Below, piece by piece: positions 51,559-62,819 of a stretch of DNA of 64,000 bases (positions are counted from its first letter, which is position 1; every line of letters starts with the position of its first letter). The stretch is from the NCBI GenBank assembly GCA_951406725.2, contig OX597832.1:53754001-53818000 (forward strand). The letters run 5' to 3'. Position numbers and translations under genes: made by a program. Below the pieces are notes generated by a model. That model ran no database searches. It was not told where the DNA came from and saw only the letters and a list, made by a program, of their open reading frames with translations. The stretch is from Octopus vulgaris (taxonomy: Eukaryota).

Positions 51559-52432
51559 TTATGTTTGTATCCATGTATAAACATGTGTGTAGTATGTATA
51601 TATATGCATGTCCTGACCTTGTGAAGAGGAACATGTGTTCAGCAGACATATCATCAGCTGCTCCTATTCACGAGACTGATTCATCTCACTTGAAAATCAT
51701 GTTTCTAATAATGAAATAAACCACCAGCATTGTGTGTGCGTGCATATGTGTGTGTGTGTGTGTGTGTGCGTGCATGTGTGTGTGTGTGTGTGTGTGTGTG
51801 AACTTAAGTCAGTAACTGGCTCCAAGACACGTGACATCTTAACTAAAAAAAAATTACTTAACATGGAAAATCAATTTAAAATATTTATTTATATTTGTTT
51901 AATTTAATGATTTGTAAATATTCTATACATACAAGCTAAATTATATCTTCACAGATAAATACATTTTTCTATCTATTTACTCAATTTTGTTACCTTAGGT
52001 TTTTAACATGATATTATAGGCACCTGGTCCTACTGTTTAAGTTTCATTATTAGTTAATGGAGTTTCTTCTATAAGAACAATCATGATTTTATTTCTTTAA
52101 GAAATATTGTTTAATTCTATTGAATTGTTTTTCGATTAAATTTATATTTAATTATAATTCGAATTTAAATTATAGCCATGAAACGTACATAGTCTTTTTA
52201 CTTATTATATATTGTTTATTCATTTTTGTACTTTTTGTGATCTAGTTATATGTTTTATAACATTTTTTTTTTCTTTATGATTTGGTTTATGTCTATCATT
52301 GTTTGAATTGCATAATAATGGTCTTTCTCTAATTTATATATATATTATATATTTATATTGTGAAATTTGATTTAATACTAAATTGAATTTTTCCCTGTAA
52401 GTTTGGAGTTATACTCCCTAATATTATTATTA

Positions 52433-52465
<33 letters not shown>

Positions 52466-52473
<8 letters not shown>

Positions 52474-54107
52474 ATGTTACATTACTCGGTAGTCAAGATA
52501 AAACTCTGAGTTTCAGATGCCGAAGTGGAAATCCACAACACCATCTCTTCGGTTATCTGGCTATTTGAAAACGTTATGAAAAAATACCGTTAAAAATGAA
52601 GGGAAATTACTCTGTTATAACTCTGCTTTGCCTGCGTACTTATACATCGCTCGCATTTTTCGTCATAAAAATTATATAAAAATACATAAAAATATATAAA
52701 AATATATAAAAATATATAAAATCTTCTTGGGACATAACACAGAAAGCATGTTCTATCCGTTTTCTTTAGGGGACCAAAAACGTAACAGAAATTTAGTCAC
52801 ATGTGGGCATGATCCGAAAAGCTCTGTCCTTGTATTTAGACATGTGGTAGGGTCTAAGCTGCTTTTCCAGATAAGCCATCTCTCCATGTCGCATAAACCG
52901 CACCTTCCGCTGCCGTTAGTATAGGGCTTACATCTGGCCAAAATCTTCCATTGTATGTTATAATCGACACCTCTATCTCTTAAAGACCAAATATGATTGG
53001 ATAATTGTGTCGCTTTTCTTTTGTTCCAGTGCCTAAAGCTCAAAGTGTGGTTATTGAACCTGGCCTTGAAATTACCCTCTGTCAGGCCCACGTATTTCTT
53101 CGTCGAAACGGTGTCTTTAGTGGTTATAGAGTTTACGGTAGCTTCATATATGATGGTCTTGGACATGCAAGCTCCATTTAGCGGGCACAATTCTTTATTC
53201 CTGCATGAACAGCTGTTTTCTTCTTGTGTTTTTTGTATGTTATGATTGATTATGTTTTTAAAATTGGTAGTTGAACTAAAACTAATTTTTAAATTGTGTC
53301 TATTGAAGAGTTTCCTATAAGCATGGTTAACTGGAAAATGTCTATCTATCAGTGCTAGGAAATATTTACCTATATTGAAGGCCACCTCGGGTGAGTAAGG
53401 GGCGTAAACCAGATGACCTTCCTATTTCTATTATTCCTTTTCCTTATTGTTGGGCTGGTGATAGGTGTATATTTTATTTTTCGCTAAAACCACTATCTTT
53501 TAAAGCTTTATTATAAACTGGGGCAACGCTATTGAAGATGTCCTCATTAGATGAGAGGCTAGAAATCCTCTTACTAATATTTTTAACTAAATTTTTGAAT
53601 ACTATAGGGGGATGGCATGAACCTACATTAATATAACTTAGTCTATCATTGGGCTTCCTATAAGGCTTATAAATATTATTATTAAGATCTAAGGAAACGT
53701 CTAAGAAATTGACAACCGTCAGGTTAGTGTCTATAGTTATACTAAGTCCGAAGTGTTTCATTAACTGGATAATATCCTTCCTAAAACGATCTTGTGCTGG
53801 TCCATTTGTATTAGCTGTTAAGGCGAGGGCATCATCTTTGTAGATGGCGAAATGTACGTTAGGGAATGTCTTACCGAAGGTATCTAGGAGAAAGAGTCCA
53901 ATTAGATCACAGATGCCTGCCCTATCATATGAACCCATGCTCACATCGAAAGCGCCCTCCGTGTCGGTGTTTTTACCCACTTTGCATTCTCACTGAAAAG
54001 TAATGTCTTTCTAGCATGGAAGATTATATCCTTATCATTGGTACTAATTTCTATGAAGTCACTAGCAGAAGATTAGGGCTTTATCTAGCAGTTCTTTAGA
54101 GATAGAG
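52466..54107 (-). mobile_element. Naiad-type PLE copy B-left, 5'-truncated
   Basis: Near-identical to copy A; forms the left arm of a 3.3-kb palindrome. Confidence 0.92.
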
Positions 54108-54108
54108 T

Positions 54109-55815
54109 TCTCTAAAGAACTGCTAGATAAAGCCCTAATCTTCGCTAGTGACTTCATAGAAATTAGTACCAATGATAAGGATATAATCTTCCATGCTAGA
54201 AAGACATTACTTTTCAGTGAGAATGCAAAGTGGGTAAAAAACACCGACACGGAATCGCTTTCGATGTGAGCATGGGTTCATATGATAGGGCAGGCATCTG
54301 TGATCTAATTGGACTCTTTCTCCTAGATACCTTCGGTAAGACATTCCCTAACGTACATTTCGCCATCTACAAAGATGATGCCCTCGCCTTAACAGCTAAT
54401 ACAAATGGACCAGCACAAGATCGTTTTAGGAAGGATATTATCCAGTTAATGAAACACTTCGGACTTAGTATAACTATAGACACTAACCTGACGGTTGTCA
54501 ATTTCTTAGACGTTTCCTTAGATCTTAATAATAATATTTATAAGCCTTATAGGAAGCCCAATGATAGACTAAGTTATATTAATGTAGGTTCATGCCATCC
54601 CCCTATAGTATTCAAAAATTTAGTTAAAAATATTAGTAAGAGGATTTCTAGCCTCTCATCTAATGAGGACATCTTCAATAGCGTTGCCCCAGTTTATAAT
54701 AAAGCTTTAAAAGATAGTGGTTTTAGCGAAAAAATAAAATATACACCTATCACCAGCCCAACAATAAGGAAAAGGAATAATAGAAATAGGAAGGTCATCT
54801 GGTTTACGCCCCTTACTCACCCAGGTGGCCTTCAATATAGGTAAATATTTCCTAGCACTGATAGATAGACATTTTCCAGTTAACCATGCTTATAGGAAAC
54901 TCTTCAATAGACACAATTTAAAAATTAGTTTTAGTTCAACTACCAATTTTAAAAACATAATCAATCATAACATACAAAAAACACAAGAAGAAAACAGCTG
55001 TTCATGCAGGAATAAAGAATTGTGCCCACTAAATGGAGCTTGCATGTCCAAGACCATCATATATGAAGCTACCGTAAACTCTATAACCACTAAAGACACC
55101 GTTTCGACAAGAAATACGTGGGCCTGACAGAGGGTAATTTCAAGGCCAGGTTCAATAACCACACTTTGAGCTTTAGGCACTGGAACAAAAGAAAAGCGAC
55201 ACAATTATCCAATCATATTTGGTCTTTAAGAGATAAAGGTGTCGATTATAACATACAATGGAAGATTTTGGCCAGATGTAAGCCCTATACTAACGGCAGC
55301 GGAAGGTGCGGTTTATGCGACATGGAGAGATGGCTTATCTGGAAAAGCAGCTTAGACGCTACCACATGTCTAAATACAAGGACAGAGCTTTTCGGATCAT
55401 GCCCACATGTGACTAAATTTCTGTTACGTTTTTGGTCCCCTAAAGAAAACGGATAGAACATGCTTTCTGTGTTATGTCCCAAGAAGATTTTATATATTTT
55501 TATATATTTTTATATATTTTTATGTATTTTTATATAATTTTTATGACGAAAAATGCGAGCGATGTATAAGTACGCAGGCAAAGCAGAGTTATAACAGAGT
55601 AATTTCCCTTCATTTTTAACGGTATTTTTTCATAACGTTTTCAAATAGCCAGATAACCGAAGAGATGGTGTTGTGGATTTCCACTTCGGCATCTGAAACT
55701 CAGAGTTTTATCTTGACTACCGAGTAATGTAACATATTGTATAGATAAATTTCCTCTATTTACATAATATTGAGGTCTCTTTCTTTCTTTTGTTATCTTA
55801 CCGTTTTATCAATAC
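54109..55815 (+). mobile_element. Naiad-type PLE copy B-right, 5'-truncated
   Basis: Reverse complement of B-left; pLTR at 55480-55812, ending in (TA)n. Confidence 0.92.
55651..55713 (+). ncRNA. pLTR type I hammerhead ribozyme with variant core CCGAAGA; identical copies at 46544-46606 (+), 44678-44740 (-), 52496-52558 (-), 59054-59116 (-)
   Basis: Stem I AGATAA/TTATCT, core CCGAAGA, stem II GATG/CATC enclosing a GTGG/CCAC hairpin, GAAA, palindromic stem III ACTC-A-GAGT, predicted GUU cleavage site. Confidence 0.7.
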
Positions 55816-56281
55816 ATATATATATATATATATTGTTTGTTCCTTCTCGAGCCATGCCTGCTTCATAAGGGGTGGTTTCCCGGTTTCCTTGGTGTATAGA
55901 TTCCTCACCTGGACAGGACGCCGGTCTGTCGCAGGTGAGCTGCAAGATGCAGGAAGAAAGAGTGAGAAAGAGTTATGGCAAAAGAGTCAGCAGAAGTTCA
56001 CCATTACCTTCTGCCAGAGCCACGTGGAGCTTAGGTGTTTCACTCATAAACATGCACATCGCCTGGTCTGAGGTTCAAACCCATGATTCCTTGACTGTGA
56101 GTCTGCTGCTCTAACCACTAGGCCATGTGCTTCCACATATATATAGATAGATAGATAGATATATATTATTATTATTATTATTATTATTTAATGATTGAAC
56201 ATTACGTATCCATTTCCAAGTAAGTTTATATATAAATATACACGTATATATACACAAGATATATTCACAAGATGTACAACT

Positions 56282-57045
56282 AGGTGTAGGTGTGGCTGTG
56301 AGATAAGATACATGGTTCTCAACCACGTGGTTCTGGTTTCAGTCCCATTATGTAGTCCCTTAAACAAGATTGATTTACCATAGCCTTGGGCGAACCAAAG
56401 CTTTGTGAGGGACACAGAAAAAACAAGGAGAGAAAAAAATGTGTAGTGGCTAACAATCTATCATGGTGACTGATATATATATATATAATAACAAAGGGTA
56501 AAATTAATTAATTAAGAAGTAATCAGTAATTTCACCAATTAGAATTCGGCATGAAAAAGACCATTTCATGGTAAGCTTAAGTAATACTTTATAATTAGGG
56601 TTCAGCAGAGATTTGCTTCACCACATACCGTAGTTTAGAAATAGCAGTCAAAAAATCTTAGCTATTCCTTCTACTTTAAAAGGAGCTCCCAGAAAAACCA
56701 AAGTACTTTGTGGCGTAGAAAATCTCTTCTGAACCCTAATTATAAAGTATAAAACGGGAAGCTTTATGAAAATAAACAAAAGACGAAGGCAGGTGGAGTA
56801 CAAACAAACAATTGTATTAGTATTATAAAGTTTATATATATATGAATGTGTTTGTGTTTGTCCCCCCCAACATTGCTTGACTACCGATGGTGATGTGTTT
56901 ATGTCCCCGTAACTTAGTGGTTTGGCAAAAGAGACCGATAGAATAAGTACTAGGCTTACAAAGAATAAGTCCTGGGGTCGATTTGCTCGACTAAAGGTGG
57001 TACTCCAGCATGGCCACAGTCAAATGACTGAAACAAGTAAAAGAG
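56282..57045 (+). mobile_element. SINE family 1, split by inserted sequence
   Basis: Head at 56282-56412 and tail at 56850-57045. Confidence 0.6.
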
Positions 57046-58656
57046 TACTACATCCACTTTGAATTATATTCTATCACAAACAGGTCATTTGGAATTCCTT
57101 TTATACACTTGCAGAGACTATCCAGAAATGTTATATTTTTTTCATTCCAATGTAAAATTTACCAGTCTGAAAGAAAATACATTTCAGCATCCATATTTCT
57201 CAGTCAAATGTAATTCTTATCTATTCACATTATTTTGAATTAATCATACATTATCTTGCAGCTTCAAGACTTTAATGATGTGACTGTTTATTTATTAGAA
57301 TATCACTGTAGGGTAGGTGGGAGAGGCCAGATCTGACCAGTCTAAACATAAAACAAATAGAATATTTGGGCCAGATATAGCTGTATAGTTATTATACCTG
57401 CATTTAAGGTGGTGAGCTGGCAGAATTATCAGCATGCTGGACAAAGAGCTTAATAGCATTCCGTCCTGTACGTTCTGGGTTCAATTTCCATCAATGTCAA
57501 CTTTGCTTTTCATCCTTTTGGGGAAAATAAAATATGTAGCAGTCCAGTACTGGGGTCGATGTAATAGGGTTGATAATGGTTTTAAAAAGCCTACCAAAGT
57601 TGGAAGCTCAATTTATTTTCATGTTTCTACCAACCACAAATAAGCTCTTCTCATGCCAGTGACACCTAAAAGACAGCCGGTACACTCTCACTCAGTGGAG
57701 TGGTCGGCATTGGAAAGGGCATCCAGCTGGAGAAACCAGACTGAAGTCTGTTGCAGCTCGCTCACTTATCAGCCCCAGCCAAATGATCTTACCCATGGAA
57801 AATGGATGCTAAATGATGATGATGATGATGATGATGAACAAATACGTAGAGGCTGTGTAAACATTCAACTTATCTCGACAACCTTCTTCTTTTTCTCTCT
57901 TTTTTTCTAGTTTTTCTTTTTGTTTTTAGTTTACTCTTTGATATAACAGTTATTATATACCTGCAGGTTTTTGGGATATAAATTAACAGCAAGTTCTGTA
58001 TCACAGTAACAAGTGGAGAGTTTTCAGACAGATTAATTTGTACAAATACTATCAAACGAAAATATGTTATCAGAAATTAGGTGTCCTTCAGCCTTGGAAA
58101 CGATATTTGATTAAGTTTTACTCTCTTCCATTAATCCTCACAGTTACACTATTTTCTTCACTGTTCCCTACACTGAACTGATATCCTTTACATCCAACTC
58201 ATTCCCTATCCCCAATCATCTGTCACTCTACTTTCACTCAGTGCACTTTTTTACACATTCACCTTTTAGCCCCTCTTGTATAATATTCTGTCTCGTATTC
58301 ACATTGTACCTGGACCTCGCATCTCTTTCTTCGTATTCTCTCTCTCTTTCTCACTTTCCAGGTGAACAAGTCATGCATTCACCTCTTCAGCAAGACACCT
58401 GCTTCTCTCTCTCTATCATAGTCCCTTATTCCTTCAGTCTGTATCCTGCTTGGTTGCGGGGTCTTATCTTGTGGGTACTTGATGGCACTACCAGTGCCGG
58501 AGCCACGTAAAAAGCATCCAGTATGCGCTTCTGAGTTGGCATTAGGAAGGGCATCCAGCAGGGTCCTCTGGTTCATCTGTCCTTGTCAAACCGTCCAACC
58601 CATGCCAGCATGGAAAAAGAATGTTAAATGATGATGATGATGATAGGTTTACTTAC

Positions 58657-58844
58657 TTATACTTCATTTTGTCCACAGCAACGGACATATGTCTTGGAGT
58701 TTCTTCACAATCATAGATGTTTTTATCATTTTCAGGTATTAAGTCAATATCATGGAAAATAAAACAACTATAATTGTAGAGTTTGAGCGATTCTGCAAAA
58801 CCGACATTCATGAGCATCCCTCGATTGAAGGCAAGTGAATCGGA
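58657..58844 (-). CDS. GT7 beta-1,4-galactosyltransferase / beta-4-GalNAcT-family internal exon
   Basis: FNRGMLMNVGF..CFIFHDIDLIPEND.N.Y.C...PRHMSVAVDK includes the DxD motif. Acceptor TTTCAG and donor GTAAGT. Confidence 0.92.
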
Positions 58845-59020
58845 CTGAAATAAATTTGAAAGGTAAAACAAGACATGTAATATAGATTATTAAAAAATAA
58901 ATAGCATACAGTTCGTATTTATTTTGAAATTTTGTATCAAGAATAATTAATTCAGTGTTAAAGGAAATGTGAGCATGTCAAAGAGTATATATATGCATGT
59001 GTGTGTGTGTGTGTATATAT

Positions 59021-60336
59021 ATCTATACAATATGTTACATTACTCGGTAGTCAAGATAAAACTCTGAGTTTCAGATGCCGAAGTGGAAATCCACAACACC
59101 ATCTCTTCGGTTATCTGGCTATTTGAAAACGTTATGAAAAAATACCGTTAAATAAAGGGAAATTACTCTGTAATAACTCTGCTTGCCTGCGTACTTATAC
59201 ATCGCTCGCATTTTTCGTCATAAAAATTATATAAAAATACATAAAAAATATATAAAAAATATATAAAAATATATAAATTCTTCTTGCGACATAACATAGA
59301 AAGCATGTTCTATCTGTTTTCTTTGGGGGACCAAAAACGTAACAGAAATTTAGTCACATGTGGGCATGATCCGAAAAGCTCTGTCCTTGTATTTAGACAT
59401 GTAGTAGGGTCTAAGCTGCTTTTCCAGATAAGCCATCTCTCCATGTCGCATAGACCGCACCTTCTGCTGCCGTTAGTATAGGGCTTACATCTGGCCAAAA
59501 TCTTCCATTGTATGTTATAATCGACACCTTTATCTCTTAAAGACCAAATATGATTAGACAATTGTGTCGCTTTTCTTTTGTTCCAGTGCCTAAAGCTCAA
59601 AGTGTGGTTATTGAACCTGGCCTTGAAATTACCCTCTGTAAGGCCCACGTATTTCTTCGTCGAAACGGTGTCTTTAGTGGTTATAGAGTTTACGGTAGCT
59701 TCATATATGATGGTCTTGGACATGCAAGCTCCATTTAGCGGGCACAATTCTTTATTCCTGCATGAACAGCTATTTTCTTCTTGTGTTTTTTGTATGTTAT
59801 GTTTGATTATGTTTTTAAAATTGGTAGTTGAACTAAAACTAATTTTTAAATTGTGTCTATTGAAGAGTTTCCTATAAGCATGGTTAACTGGAAAATGTCT
59901 ATCTATCAGTGCTAGGAAATATTTACCTATATTGAAGGTCACCTCGGGTGAGTAAGGGGGCGTAAACCAGATGACCTTCCTATTTCTATTATTCCTTTTC
60001 TTTACTGTTGGGCTAGTGATAGGTGTATATTTTATTTTATCGCTAAAACCACTATCTTTTAAAGCCTTATTATAAACTGGGGCAACGCTATTGAAGATGT
60101 CCTCATCAGATGAGAGGCTAGAAATCCTCTTACTAATATTTTTAACAAAATTTTTGAATACTATAGGGGGATGGCATGAATCTACATTAATATAACTTAG
60201 TCTATCATTGGGCTTCCTATAAGGCTTATAAATATTCTTATTAAGATCTAAGGAAACGTCTAAGAAATTGACAACCGTCAAGTTAGTATCTATAGTTATA
60301 CTAAGTCCGAAGTGCTTCATTAACTGGATAATATCC
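59021..60336 (-). mobile_element. Naiad-type PLE copy C, 5'-truncated, uninterrupted 336-aa RT-thumb + GIY-YIG frame
   Basis: ORF 59310-60320, pLTR 59021-59283, (TG/TA)n flank. Confidence 0.92.
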
Positions 60337-60550
60337 CCTCTGTGTTTAGCCCCTTGTGGGTAATAAAGAAATAGGTATTTCTTCTGCTGCTACATTCGGA
60401 GTTCAAATTCAGCCAAGGTCGACTTTGCCTTTCATCCTTTTGGTGTCGATAAATTAAGTACCAGTTACGCACTGGGGTTGATATAATCGACTTAATCCAT
60501 TTGTCTGTCCTCTCTGTGTTTAGCCCCTTGTGGGTAGTAAAGAAATAGGC

Positions 60551-61055
60551 ATTGTTCTCCCAGTCAGTCTCCTGCATATCATAGGCCTTTAATGAGGACG
60601 TGATACAGTTTTTAAATCGCAGCCTTGATTTCTCCCGGAGGTTCTTTCCATTCACAAATTCTCCATAGAGTATCTGTTTTGGGATCCTGCTATATTTCAT
60701 TCTAAGATGTTCAGTTCAGCGTAACCGGTGCTTGTGACAATCACCTCAGTACTCAAGAAATCAGCTGTCCTCAGGACCTGTGTGCTTTCAAGGTCCAGCC
60801 AACATTCAGAATGTGTCTGAGACATCTCTGATGAAAGCGTTCAAGGACCCTTACATGACATTTGTAAAGGGTCCATGTCTCACATGAGTAAAGGGGTGAT
60901 GTCAGTACATATGCACAGTACACAGTAATTTTTGTTTGCCTTGTGATGCTGGGACCAGACACAAGACTGAAGAGACCAGAAAGAATCAGTTGCTCTCTGC
61001 AGCCTGAAAGATATTTCCTCATCCAAGAACGGCTGAATGTGCTGCCCAGGTAGTT
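60551..61055 (-). mobile_element. RTE-type LINE 3' ORF fragment (second family)
   Basis: LYSCETWTLY, LERFHQRCLRHIL and SRIPKQILYGE motifs. Confidence 0.75.
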
Positions 61056-61067
61056 GGCTTGTTGCCA

Positions 61068-61552
61068 AGAATGCTTATGTCACATAGCCAACTGGAAACA
61101 GTGTTTCCTTGGACTGCCACATTAAGTTGGCAACAAACCATTACTTTATTGTGCTGCTACCGTATAAGTCGCTCTGAGAGATTTAGAAGTGCAATATTTC
61201 TACTTTTGTCGATCAGTTAATTTGTTTCACTTGAAATTCTGTAAGCTTTCAAATGCGAATAAGCATCGACAGCTAGCAAGCCAAGCTACACCATACTGAT
61301 GAAGTGCAATGACTCTGAAACTAGTCTCTGGGTGCTGGCTTTGCTGGGTGGAGGTGCTTGTCTCTCCTTTTTGAAAACTTAACGGCACAGAATGCTTGTG
61401 TCACATAGCCAACTGGAAACTGTGCTGCTTGGAGCTAAATAGCAGTAGCATTCTTCTCTTTCCTGGTCTGCCACATTAAGTTGGCAACAAACCATCACTT
61501 TATCGCGATGCTACTGTAAAAGTCTCTGAGAGATTTAGAAATGCAATATTTC

Positions 61553-61554
<2 letters not shown>
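61068..61554 (+). repeat. Partial tandem (~1.5 units, period ~320-350 bp) containing a hammerhead; retrozyme- or pLTR-like
   Basis: 61068-61202 is repeated at 61389-61554. Confidence 0.75.
61275..61345 (+). ncRNA. Type I hammerhead ribozyme with canonical core
   Basis: CTGATGA-AGT..ACT-CT-GAAAC-TA-GTC, with extended imperfect stem I (AGCAAGCCA..CACCATA / TCTGGGTG..TGGCTTTGCT). Confidence 0.7.
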
Positions 61555-61592
<38 letters not shown>

Positions 61593-61651
61593 CATCAGAG
61601 TAAGCATGTAAATGCAAAATAAGTTAGAAAAAATTATACTTGAATACCATA

Positions 61652-62066
61652 TTAAGTTAAGTTAAGTTGAGTTAAGTTAAGTTAATTTTTTGGCTCAAAA
61701 AGCAAAAAGCTTGGCCATGTAGGGGGACATGGAATTATGTACAGGGTGGTGTTCATGCAAAGAGTTCAGGCCATTTCTGGTCAAGAGAGATTTTGAACCG
61801 AGCGGTCGTCGGCATCTTCACTATCTTGTCCGGCAGCTTATTCCACGGATCTGCAACCCAGACGGAGAAAGCCCCTCTCCTTCGATTGAGATGAAATCGT
61901 TGCAGATAGAGCTTTTCGGAGTGACTCCGCAGCCGACGCTCTGGAGCAGGAGTGAAGAACAGCTCTTTCGAGAGGTTACACTTTCCGCTTATGATGTTGT
62001 GAGCAAGAATGAGATCACCACGGCATCGTCGTGTTTCTAGAGAATAAAGGTCGAGCGTCTTCAGCC
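61652..62066 (-). mobile_element. CR1/L2 LINE 3' end, family A
   Basis: ORF RLKTLDLYSLE..WNKLP with (TAACT)n tail. Confidence 0.85.
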
Positions 62067-62819
62067 TATTAAAAAGCATAAAAAAATTATTAAAAAGCAG
62101 CAAAGCTGTCACAGAACCTGTTACTCACAGTTTCGTGTTCCCATTTGTCGGACAGTTTTCTTTAGAATGGAGCAAGATAAGGTTATATGCAGAATTCTGC
62201 ATATAACTTTATCTTGCATTTAATTATGTTATATCAAGTTAATGAGCAATTTCCTTATTTTAACATTTTAATATTATATACACCAGACAGAAGTTTTTGA
62301 AATTGTTTGCGTACTTACGTTATGGTATATGATATATATTTATCTTAATGTGAAGATATGTTTCTATATTTTATGTGTATCTATGTTTTGCTGGTATGTG
62401 TATGTATGTCAGGTCACTTATGAGGCTCTCATTAGTGCTACTGGTGACATGGAATCCAGTACATGTTGCATGGTCAGGTTGCCAGTGACTAAACTGGTAC
62501 CCCCACCAGGCTATCCTGGTGAGGAGGGTTGCTAGAAACACAGCAGGATCAAAAACAAGACCTGTTGAAAGGCCAGATGAACATACATATATTTCCTCTT
62601 TCCAGGAAATTTCCTATTCACAAGAAATTCAAACAATAGATAAAAGACCCAAGTTAAAAAGATTCTCAACTTCTCTGCTAGACATTAAGACACCCACCCC
62701 CAATAGGGGCCATAACTCCCACATTTAAGAGCTCCATGACCTCCATTTTTCAGGAGCAAAATCTTTTTAACAGGTTCTATAAGACTAGAATTTTGGAATC
62801 TGCACATAGAATGTACCCC

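Noticed and set aside
59310-60320. Selenoprotein-type Naiad ORF
   Set aside because: No in-frame UGA in the visible frame and no SECIS could be confidently identified by eye.
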